From Phoronis australis (lineage: Eukaryota > Animalia > Phoronida), in assembly GCA_002633005.1 (NCBI GenBank), contig NMRA01000263.1, positions 327,389 to 391,388 of the forward strand: a stretch of 64,000 bases of DNA, read 5' to 3'. The notes beneath the pieces were generated by a model. It had not been told where the DNA came from. It made no database searches and saw only the letters and a program-made list of their open reading frames with translations. A program made the position numbers and the translations under genes. Each line of letters starts with the position of its first letter. The stretch's first letter is position 1. Shown piece by piece: positions 24,250 to 56,000 of this stretch.

Positions 24250-25475
24250 TACATTAACGATGCAAACAGTATTGCCTGTCAGTGCTACTGTTTTTGACGT
24301 CATTGCATGCTGTTTTCCAAGTTGAATAGTTTGTGCTTTGAAGGTCTGTTGTTGCAATTTTAGGATTACAATCCATGCACACTTAATTAATGATAGCACC
24401 TTCTGATTCCCAAGCAACACCAGTAACAGGCGTGTTGTCTAATCTACTGGTTCCTACTTTTACAAATGAGATGGATTTGTGTGTATAGAGTTTAATATAC
24501 TTCAGCAATACGTGTACTCCGGCACGTGGTCAAGTATGCAGGGAGAATGAAAGTGACAATATTGATCTGCTGGTACAACAGGTTTGCAACATACGATAAA
24601 AACCTCGCTGCTGATATGAACCAAGTTGTAACTCAATTTCAAAGATTACAATGAAGAAATTCAGGAGTTATACAGTAAAGCTTTTATTTAACATTCGTTT
24701 TAACAGACATACTGCTTTACAACATTTTTTTACTTGAAAATTGATGATTTTAAAAGTTGCAAGTCAACTTCTGATGTTAAAATTAAATTAATCAGGAGAA
24801 CTAATGTTTGAATGTTTGCTTAAGCTTTTTACAGTGTAGGAAAACAACCTCTGCTCAATTTCATACACTTCAACATACAAATTTCTAAGTTTTATTCAAT
24901 ATAACACTATTTTCCAAACACAGACCCATTCAGTTTTGAATAAAGCCAGTCCATTGACAGTTCTGTGTTCTTGGTACATTTCTTATAATCACTTCATGAA
25001 TACACTAGACTTGGCATTGACATGGTGAAAAACAATTCACATATACGACTGCTCACAAAGTGCGAAATTACCAAAAATAGCATTTGCCATGCACAAAGAG
25101 TACAGCAAACTGTAACGAAAACACTTCACACTTACACTTGCTCAATATATTACAGGTTGTACTTCGGGCAGTTTACTCACTGGGACGAAATTTCGCTTGT
25201 ATCCATGCACGATGATTGTAAGCATGCGTGTTGAGCACAACTGCCTTGTGAAGGCAAACATTACTTCCTATATCAAGTGGCAGCACACCATGCTGTCAAG
25301 AAGGCTCAAATCCCAGTAAACAAATCCTTAAAGTGGCCACAAACTCCCCTCCATTAAAAATACAACTTTTGATTTTTGACTACTTACTGTTACAATACTA
25401 GTCTCAACTGGCAGTTCTTTAATACTTAAGAACCGGCTCTATAAGTTTGCTTGTCACGGGGTTCAATTTATGTTT

Positions 25476-25882
25476 CCAGAATTGTCCCATGCATTAATGA
25501 ACTGCCAGAGTTGTCCCAGGCAACAATGAACTGACAGAATTATCTCGGGCAACAATGACCTACTAGAATTATCTTGGGCAACAATGAACTGTCAGAATTG
25601 TCCCAGGCAATAATGACCAGCCAGAATTGTCCCAGGCAATTATGACCTACCAGAATTGTCCCAGGCAATAATTACCTACAAGAATTATCTCAGGCAATAA
25701 TGACCTGCCAGAATTGTCCCAGGCAAAAATGACCAGCCAGAATTGTCGCAGGCAATAATGACCTGCCAGAATTGTTCCAGGCAATAATGACCAGCCAGAA
25801 TTGTCTCGCGCAATAATGACCTGCCAGAACTGTCCCAGGCAATAATGACCTCCAGAATTGTCCCAGGCAATAATGAACTACA
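25476..25882. repeat. 29-bp minisatellite, ~14 copies
   Basis: Unit ~CCAGAATTGTCCCAGGCAATAATGACCTG. Confidence 0.9.
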
Positions 25883-26830
25883 AGTTGTGTGCAAGCCCAG
25901 GGCTCAAATTTAATGAGAGCAAGACACAAGCCAAGACTGTATACGTAGTAATGCACGGTCTACATGTGCCTTTATAGCCACTTCAATAGTAAAGGTTGCA
26001 CAACTACGTATCTCATATAAATCGATAAATGTCTTGAATACTCATGTTTTGGCACCGTTGATAAACACATTTTTCCAAAACAACATTAAATGAGCCACCA
26101 CGACCAACTGAACAGCAGAATTACAAACACACTACTAGAATAAAGATCTAACCAAAGAAGAAAACTTGTGTTGTGAGCACAAAACAATATGTTGCACCTT
26201 ATGAACAGATTCACCATCCAATTGTCCAGACGTTTCACATTATTTAGCTAATTGTGTTCACTAGAGATATTCAAGTGTGCATCAGAAGATTTACAAGTCT
26301 TGTTGCACGCAAGCTGCTAAGTACAGTACCTGCCAAAAATAATCGGACTAAGTGACCAAAAGTTCCCCCGTCATGACGGCTGAATGTAAGTGGAAATCAC
26401 CATCAGAGTACTACTAGAATGACCATTCACGACCGGGAAAACAGTAGTTTGTCTGATTACTTGTGGTATGTAGTGTATCTGCCCCATGAATATGTTCCGG
26501 TGTCTCTTGACATAGTAACTGCTACATCATCTGTCTCCAGAAAGAGAGGATCAGTCGAATGGGCAAGAAAACGATCACACAGCTGTCTCGACAAGGGCGA
26601 CTGCAGCGATCACCAATGTTAATTTCGAATGGAACTCCACCGACTGTTTACATTTGTCGAAACATGTACACACACAGACTCTGTTGGCACATTACAACTT
26701 CAACAAGCCAACATATGATTCATTATCAGGATTAAGTAGTAGTGGCAGACACACCCCACTTGCCTCCTTCTCAATACAATAACTTAGTTTCCCACCAATC
26801 CCATGTTTCCCTTTCTCTCTGGTTAAGTGA

Positions 26831-46788
<19,958 letters not shown>

Positions 46789-47067
46789 ATTTGTCCTTCG
46801 ATTTCAGCTAAAATGACAAGGAAATCTGACTGAACCCGATCAATCTTTCTTGGGGAAGTTTATGACGTCACCTTCCCTTGAAGTCGAGAACACGAGATTT
46901 TTTATTAAACTTTCATTTGTATTTAAATGATAACCAATTATCATAAATATACTTAAAATTACACGATATACAAAGAAAAAAGTCATAAATTTATAACTGC
47001 GACCAAAAGATAACAAAAATATTTTATTTCGTGACTGAAGATGCACGAACATCCGGGAGTTTTCAAG
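46789..47067. promoter_or_regulatory. bidirectional promoter region beta-TrCP/RPP30
   Basis: Divergent ATGs at 46788 (-) and 47068 (+). Perfect CRE palindrome TGACGTCA at 46863-46870. Confidence 0.6.
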
Positions 47068-50000
47068 ATGTCGGAACCCATGGATCTGAATGTTTTAGGA
47101 GATTCTACAGATCTAAACAAAATAAAAGATATTTTAAAGTGCTGCTCTAGACGTAAGTGAGAAATTTAGAGAACTAATTTCTCGTTTAAAATGAGATTCT
47201 TTTCTGAGATGAAACAGAAAGGAAGTAGAGGAGCACAGTACTTGCTTAATTTAAAGTTTATTTAAACTTTGAAGTAAAAAAATACATAATTTATAAGCGT
47301 GACCATTCAGCTAATAATAGGCAATTGCCAGTTAGCGAGTAGCTAGTAACAGAGGCTCATATGATTCACCGGAAGCACATCTACAGCACGGGGTTGCTGG
47401 TTCGATTCCCAAGGTCGGGCTATTACGACAATTGGAATGATCAGCAAGTCATAGACCCTGGGGCCTGAGACAGCACGCTTGATGGGAGGGTACAGGCATA
47501 ATCTAAGGTACATGTGCAGGCCTGATGTAAGGTGCATGTACAGGCATAATGTAAGGCGCATGTACAGATAGGGTGTAAGGTACGTGTATAGGCATAATTT
47601 AAGGTACGTGTACAAGCATAACGTAAGGTACACCTGGCTGGTGGCGCGCTTTTTGATATGAAAGGAGGGAATGTTGTGAAAGTGCTTCCGGTGAATCATA
47701 TATGAGCCTCTGTTAGTCACTCGCTAATGGGCAATTGCCTATTAGCTGAATGGTTTGCACGCTCGCCGGTTAAATCGGGGTTGCTGGTTCGATTCAATCT
47801 CGGCTGTTCCGACAATGTCATTGTTTTGAGTTTCGGACTTGTAGATAGCCTCTCTTCAAAGCCAGGTTCCCTAACCAGTCGACCAATGAGCAATTGCCCA
47901 TAGGCGAGTGATTGAGAGTGGCTCTTATATTACTACACTCACTGCAGGTTCACCTCAATTTGTTTTGTTGAAAGTATTTCATGGTTCTCGATCAACACTG
48001 ATTAAGTGATTATTTGAAAATTATCAAAAATGTATACAAGTCCCAAAACATATAGTAAAGACCTGCACCTGTATAATGCTGTTTAATGTACTTTGTGCAC
48101 ACATTTATGTGTCATAGCAAAGTGTCACGTCCGTTACCATCACGTCCCTTACTATATTAAATCTTTTAAAAAGCCATATTTTACCAATTTGAACTTCTTG
48201 TGAAATCTACACTTCGAAATTCATAGTAAAAGTGAAGTTTTCAAAAATATATATTTCAATGCAAGCGTGTTGTAGGGAGAGCAGACTTTTAAGTAAATGT
48301 TCAAGTTTTAAAAATCACCATTTTGTTCACATCCATTAACAAATATTAGATGATTGCCATTTCTAATTAGATTGATAATTTAATCTTTCACTTGTATATT
48401 ATAAAACCATTTTCATGGAGCTATATGCTGATGTTAAAATCATTTTCTTATACCAATTAACTTGTTTGTAAAAGATTAAAAAGTTAAAATGCCACTTCCG
48501 TTACAAAAAATACTGTGAAATGCACCTTTGTCAGCTCTTGAGAAATATAGAATTTGTTTTACTCTGTCTGATGTTTTTAGATATTAGATTTTTATTCATT
48601 TAATTTGTCACCTTCGCAAGCTCTTCAGTTGACATCGCCAATGTAAATCCTGACATATATTGGTGATTTTCCTTGATGTACAGGGGTAAGAAACTAATTT
48701 ATCAGCATTTGTCATTTTTCCGCATGGTTCTGGAGAGTAATATGTTTTCTTGAGCTTTGTCTGATGAGTGTTGTGTCTTGCGTGTAACTCATTAACGATC
48801 TGTATGAAATCATATCAAAAAATCCAAGCTTTATGTTTCTGGGAACGATTTACTACAAGTGCACAATACACTACCTACCCATGTGAAGTGAAAGAAATTT
48901 GACAATATATGTCAATATTGAATTTTATGATGAAAGGGCTGACGTCTGTGAAATTGTCTGTAAAAATACTTAGTTTATATACTTGAAATCTGAACAGATA
49001 TATTGCTAAGTGGCACCATAGTAACGCAGTGCTAGTGTCTTTACAGCTTATGGATGCATGGTGAAAGTCAATGTGGTTTGATTTAGCCTCCAATACAGTG
49101 CTGCCATCTTTGAAAACTATTGCTTTGGTTGATGTTTGGGGGCGAGGCCCAATGTTTTTGTCTTTCCGACAATGAGTTAGTGTTTTTAATTACAAAGGAA
49201 ATGCAGGTCACTATTTGCATCTCTGCTGTTAATGCTAAGTTTGAGACTTTGACTTGATTTAAGTATTGCTATGTGGAACTAAGTGCTACTGCTATATTCA
49301 ACTTGCTTTCTAACTATCCCTTCAATTTGTCAATCCAGGTTCATGCTTTGGACTTGTTCCTAATGATTGTTTTTCAGTGGGGTTCGGTCATGTGGCTTTG
49401 AGTACCAGTTACACTCTAACTGCACAACCCAAGAAGAGTAAAAACAAAAATGTATGTATTGTACTGATCTATGTATAATAAATAATAATAAGTTTTAGCT
49501 GTTGTAGGATTTGTATGTTGTTACATTCCTATTATTAGTTTGAATAGTGAACATGACTCATCCCAGCTACAACCTCTGACATGAGGAATTTTCTTTTGAA
49601 TTAAAATGAGAATATCTGTTTCTAGAATATGATTTTGCAATATTTTGATGACCAATTATATTGACCTGTGTAATTAAGAAATTACATTTTCAGATAAATC
49701 AGACTTTAAAATAAAATTTTCTGGTGCTCACATTACTATTACTGTTCAAGCACTTGTTGAATTAAACTCCTGCTGTTTTGTTGGCCTTGACCTTTTACAA
49801 TATTCATGACCTCTGTCAAGTAAGACATCTTAGCCTGTGTCTGTCAGTCAGTCGGAATAAGTTTGAAATACCCATCAAAGGACCAGTTGATTAGATTGAA
49901 TGATACAACTGTTTAACACGTTTTTACTGCACAATAAGACCGACACATGAAAATTCATTTTGTAACATTTCTCAACAAAAATGAGCATTCAGATAGTTTT

Positions 50001-53000
50001 GTTTCATTTGAATAGTTCACACTGTACAGGTGCGATAAAACAATATTTGGTATATTTCCATCATCCATAACATTTCAGCCAGCCTTTTGAAAAATTGAAA
50101 AGTGACCATTTTGGCCTATATTTTTGCGTGAAATAACTTTTGAAGAATTATTGTAACCAGTTTTCCTCCTTCCTGAACCACACGCGTTCTCAGTTGCATC
50201 ACTTTTTCTTGTTACCCTTGTTTCCTTTTTCATGCACCGCAACTCCTTAGACACATTTCTTTGCTCATGAACTGCAGTTCAGAAATTTCAGAGACAAACA
50301 TTGTGAGTAACTGTTGCAGAGGTCCTGCATTTTGAGAATTAGTTTTCTTCACTGAATAGCAGACATTAAAGTGGTTCAGAAACTCTGGAATCCCTGTAAG
50401 CGACACTTGCCTAACTATGACTGAACTTAAAGCCATGTATGAAGAATTGAATTGTTTCAATAGCTTGAGATTGAGAAAAAGCTGCAATGCCTGGTGGATG
50501 TCATTGTCATCCAGTTGGTTTATAATGTAAATTAATTTTTGATTTTTAATTCCAGTCGTCACCTGTGCCGTGTCCACTTGATTTAGATGCTATAAGTGAT
50601 AAAAAGTTGGTAAGTCTGTGTAGTTAGAATTCCTTGGGCTCGTGCAAGGTGGATTTATTGCGTTGGCCTAATTTTATGTCAGAGAGGACAGTGTTGTGTA
50701 GACTTGTTGGCCTTAATTGGATTGCATGTATTGGAAGAATGTGATTCACATACCATTGATGTAAGTATTTAAAGCAAACAAAGTCAAACAGGGTTTTACA
50801 TGCATACTTTTAAACCACTGACTGCTAATGAAGATCAGAAATATTATTACAAGATCTGGTCCTGTTGCCACCCATTGTTTACTCTGTCCATCAAACATCT
50901 CCTGTCCTCCCACTATCCGGTAGTCTGTTTCCACGAAATAGTTCACTTGGCAGAGTTCAGGTCATGCAAAACCAGTGAACACAATTGTAGCAATTAAACC
51001 ATGACGACATAGATTAACGTACAGTACAAGCCAAAAGTATTCAGACAAAGTTGGTAGGCATTCCTCATCATGATGGATGGGAGGAAGACTAATTCATTGT
51101 TTGAGTAGTCTTCTCTCATGACCGAGAATGAAGTTGGTAAGGTGGGTACTAGTAAGCCATTGTTACGATTGTATAATTAGAATTTTGCTAATTGATTTTT
51201 GCTGTTAACAGAATTTGATGTGATGGGAAAAGGGTATTTTGTGTGATTACTTTTGTCTTGTGTAGTACATCAGAGGTAGTTTACCATGTTCGCTACCGAC
51301 TCATGAATGTGTCCGTGCAAATTAACAAAATGGTAACAGACACTTCCAATAGCAGTGGCAGATCTACATTTTCAGTAAGGGGAGTTTAGAATTCGCGTGA
51401 ATCCGAGGCGCGTAGCATTGAGTGGGGGAGGTTGGGAGGGGGAAACCCCCTTCCGTGTAATATTTTTTTAGTTTTGTAGCTGATTTCGTTTTCCTGGCGG
51501 TGTTTTTTAATTTTTATTTTTGACCCTGTCCCAAAGGGGGCTTAAACCCCCTGAAGCCCCCATAGATCTGTCTCTGAACAGAGCCAGAATGATCTCATTG
51601 GTCACGTCATTAGCCCTATCACATCGATGTCAAGGGCTTGTTCTCAAAGGTGTGGTGTTGCCAACTCCACCAGATGGTGTATTGAGTCGAAACGCCATAC
51701 AAATCGGTTGTAATTACAGAAAACGTCAAGTATCCGAATGTCAAATGTGACAATCCGGCCTCTGGAATGTGTTGTATATCGTGTGTGTCTTCTATCCATA
51801 CAATCATAGCAGTCTCTTGTCTTTCCTGCCTGTTCAATTTCATTGTGTCGTTTGTCATCAGAAGAATGAGGTTTGACTAAAATTTGGTTCCTAATATTTG
51901 TCTTGTGTATTTTAGATTCAAGGACTAAAGTGTCACTCAAGGATAACTGTGAATTTGGCAGACCCCGCCCATCTCAACATTCTGGTGAATACAGTTTCTG
52001 CGTTTGACCAGTTTACTCAACATATCAGTCCTAGCACAGTAAATGAAGCAAAGCTGTTTGTAAAATGTAAAATTGTCTGAGAGTAATGGTGGCTCTGACT
52101 TAGAAGCGAATGCAGTGAGTTAAGCCTCAATTCCAACTCTGATTGATACAGAAAACAACATTTATTTATTTTCCTTAAAATATTACAGATGTGGTGAGTG
52201 TGGCCTCTCATTTCTTTTAATTCTTAACTGTTGTCTGACATTTTGATTTCGAATTTTAATTGATTTTCACCATGGATACTTTCAACCTAATTATAATCTA
52301 TATTTAGCATCTACGTATCATGACATGACATTGTTAGGGTTTACTTGATTGGCTGTCTTTCTTGTAGCGGAATGATGATATCCAGCGTTACGACATTGTG
52401 GCTGTGGCACCGGCCTCTGAAAAGTTGTTCCAAGTAAGTTTGAAATTCAATCAAAATGTGACCATCCATCTTGCATTAATTTGGAACTCTGACAAAAGGT
52501 GGCAGTACTTGGTTTCCTTGTTTGCAGGCTTGCACGATCATGTCCTAACTCTGATGGATTAATAGCCAAGGATAACTAACCAAGAATTGTGCACAAGACT
52601 ATAATTTTGTCTTCTATGAGAGATTTCTACTTCAAGTCATTTGTACTTTAGTCGAGATGCACTAGTCAATTCTTGGTGAAACATGTTTTATGTAAATTGC
52701 AAAATATTCATTAATTTTTTTGTAAACTGGTATCAGATTTTGAGTTTGAACTTGAGGTAGCTTATAAATTTAGCGACATATAGTTTTTCTTATACTTGTT
52801 TACATTAATACTAGTTTAAGAATTAAAATATTACATTTTTTATTATCGAAATCATGGAATTATAAATCTCAAATTTCCAGCGATTTTCAGTGATGTAAGT
52901 GGTCATCCAAAGATGGTGCCACTTCACGGTACTACCTCTTGGTTTTTGTTATATTTGACGAAGCTGAAAATTTTTTTTTGAGAACTACTGTAGTTCTATT

Positions 53001-56000
53001 CAAGTGTTTGTTAGTTTACGTTTCTTGTTAACTTTCCGCACACCGTTAAATTTCTTGGGAGATGGTTATTTACTGCCCGTGTAATGTTTCCACAATTTCC
53101 TGTCATTTCCACCAGATGGCGTGTAGTAATCTGGAGGTGGATCTTATCACATTCGATATGACAGCAAAGTTACCATTTAAGATCAAGAGGCAGTCTGTTA
53201 ATGAGGTGAGATTATGTTAATGAGGTGATATTATGAGCTGAAGGAAAGCAATTGTCCATTGACACACTTGTAAATAGATATTTTACTTGCTCATTATCTT
53301 AATTTTGTCCATGTAAATAGGTCTGGTGACTCAAAAAAGGAAACAAAAAATCAGGTGCTTGTTGGAGATTATTTCATCTCTGTTAATTTTACGTTTGATA
53401 GTTAAAATGGTTTCAGATAAGACTTATGCGCACAATTATGGGTACATATTATTTGTGTTAATAACTCACAGTTATGCTGTTATTGTAAAGGAGTGTCAGG
53501 TGATTGTGTTTGTCTGTTATGGCCATGTCAAGTTGCTCTGGATTTTTGGACCTCTCTTAAATGATGGATCCAAAGTAAAGCCAAATTTGCTTTACTTTAT
53601 ATTCAAACACTGTTGGTGTACCATTTGGAGAAAGAAAAAATGATCTTTCACTGTGTTTGGCTGAGTATCATTTGCACTGCTGAAGAATCTTGAATGTGCA
53701 GCTATGTATGGAATTCTTCAAAAATGAATATTCAATTAATTTACCATTTAAAAAACTAATTTTCTCAAAAATACAATGTAAACAGGCTATATAAATAGAG
53801 CAACTCCTGTGGACACACTGTTCAACGAACATTCAATGTTGATTTGTTTGGCCTAATTTTGAATGAGAAGTGCTACTGAAAATGAAATACTGATTTTGTG
53901 GTAATTAAAATGAAGTAGTTCAGCATTCTCAAGTATTACTTGATTTATAAATGAGAGTCAAAATGACTGTACTTGAATTGCTGCTTATGACTAATGACAA
54001 ATTTGAGTTTCATAAACCATAATGGTTTATGAAACTCAAATTTGTCAATAGTCATAAGATCTTTCATATTGTTAGTTTCCATGTCAAAGGTCAAGGTAAC
54101 AAGAAGGAAGCGGTTTGGAAGAAAATTAAATTATTTAGTTATTTATGACTTAAAGTTATTGTTCATCAATAATTCCAACCAAGGAAAAACCACCACTATA
54201 GTCTGTACATTACTGCAATCATAATTGTCTGTAATTACTTTGTGTAATGTTCTGTTGACACAATGTGTTTGTGTTCTGGTAAACACTGCCTTGTTTTGTT
54301 TATAAGGCGTTGAGGAGAGGTGTATTCTTTGAAATCAACTACTCACCTGCTTTGAAAGACAGCACGTCGAGACGATATACAATTGGAAATGCCTTCAGGT
54401 TAATGAGTGTCACGAAAGGGAAGGTGAGCTTCAGGGCTTTGTGGTACATGTGNNNNNNNNNNNNNNNNNNNNNNNNNNNNNNNNNNNNNNNNNNNNNNNN
54501 NNNNNNNNNNNNNNNNNNNNNNNNNNNNNNNNNNNNNNNNNNNNNNNNNNNNNNNNNNNNNNNNNNNNNNNNNNNNNNNNNNNNNNNNNNNNNNNNNNNN
54601 NNNNNNNNNNNNNNNNNNNNNNNNNNNNNNNNNNNNNNNNNNNNNNNNNNNNNNNNNNNNNNNNNNNNNNNNNNNNNNNNNNNNNNNNNNNNNNNNNNNN
54701 NNNNNNNNNNNNNNNNNNNNNNNNNNNNNNNNNNNNNNNNNNNNNNNNNNNNNNNNNNNNNNNNNNNNNNNNNNNNNNNNNNNNNNNNNNNNNNNNNNNN
54801 NNNNNNNNNNNNNNNNNNNNNNNNNNNNNNNNNNNNNNNNNNNNNNNNNNNNNNNNNNNNNNNNNNNNNNNNNNNNNNNNNNNNNNNNNNNNNNNNNNNN
54901 NNNNNNNNNNNNNNNNNNNNNNNNNNNNNNNNNNNNNNNNNNNNNNNNNNNNNNNNNNNNNNNNNNNNNNNNNNNNNNNNNNNNNNNNNNNNNNNNNNNN
55001 NNNNNNNNNNNNNNNNNNNNNNNNNNNNNNNNNNNNNNNNNNNNNNNNNNNNNNNNNNNNNNNNNNNNNNNNNNNNNNNNNNNNNNNNNNNNNNNNNNNN
55101 NNNNNNNNNNNNNNNNNNNNNNNNNNNNNNNNNNNNNNNNNNNNNNNNNNNNNNNNNNNNNNNNNNNNNNNNNNNNNTTTGTTTCATTTAAATAGTTCAC
55201 ACTGTACAGGTGCGATAAAACAATATTTGGTATACTTCCATCATCCATTTCAGCCAGCCTTTTGAAAAATTGAAAAGTGACCATTTTGGCCAATATTTTT
55301 GCGTGAAATAACTTTTGAAGAATTATTGTAACCAGTTTTCCTCCTTCCTGAACCACACGCGTTCTCAGTTGCATCACTTTTTCTTGTTTCCCTTGTTTCC
55401 TTTTTCATGCACCGCAACTCCTTAAACACATTTCTTTGCTTTATGAACTGCAGTTCAGAAATTTCATAGACAAACATTGTGAGTAACTGTTGCAGAGATC
55501 CTGCATTTTGAGAATTAGTTTTCTTCACTGAATAACGGACATTAAAGTGGTTCTGAAACTCTGGAATACCTGTAAGCGACACTTGCCTAACTATGACTGA
55601 ACTTAGAGCCATGTATGAAGAATTGAATTGTTTCAATAGCTTGAGATTGAGGAAAAGCTGCAATGCCTGGTGGATGTCATTGTCATCCAGTTGGTTTATA
55701 ATGTAAATTAATTTTTGATTTTTAATTCCAGTCGTCGCCTGTGCCGTGTCCACTTGATTTAGATGCTATAAGTGATAAAAAGTTGGTAAGTCTGTGTAGT
55801 TAGAATTCCTTGGGCTCGTGCAAGGTGGATTTATTGCGTTGGCATAATTTTATGTCAGAGAGGACAGTGTTGTGTAGACTCGTTGGCCTTACGTAATTGG
55901 ATTGCATGTATTGGAAGAATGTGATTCACGTAGCATTGATGTAAGTATTTAAAGCAGACAAAGTCAAACAGGGTTTTACATGCATACTTTTAAACCACTG

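Noticed and set aside
25476-25956. ORFs with PGTILAGHYC repeats / CRISPR-like array
   Set aside because: Translation of a 29-bp minisatellite with no unique spacers.
50230-50577. Minus-strand ORF repeated at 55250-55753
   Set aside because: Antisense to RPP30 intron/exon 3, no recognisable domain, frameshifted between the two copies; the repetition reflects the duplicated block.
54310-55377. Long ORFs of 274-325 aa
   Set aside because: Artefacts of the N gap; only the RPP30 exon part is real.
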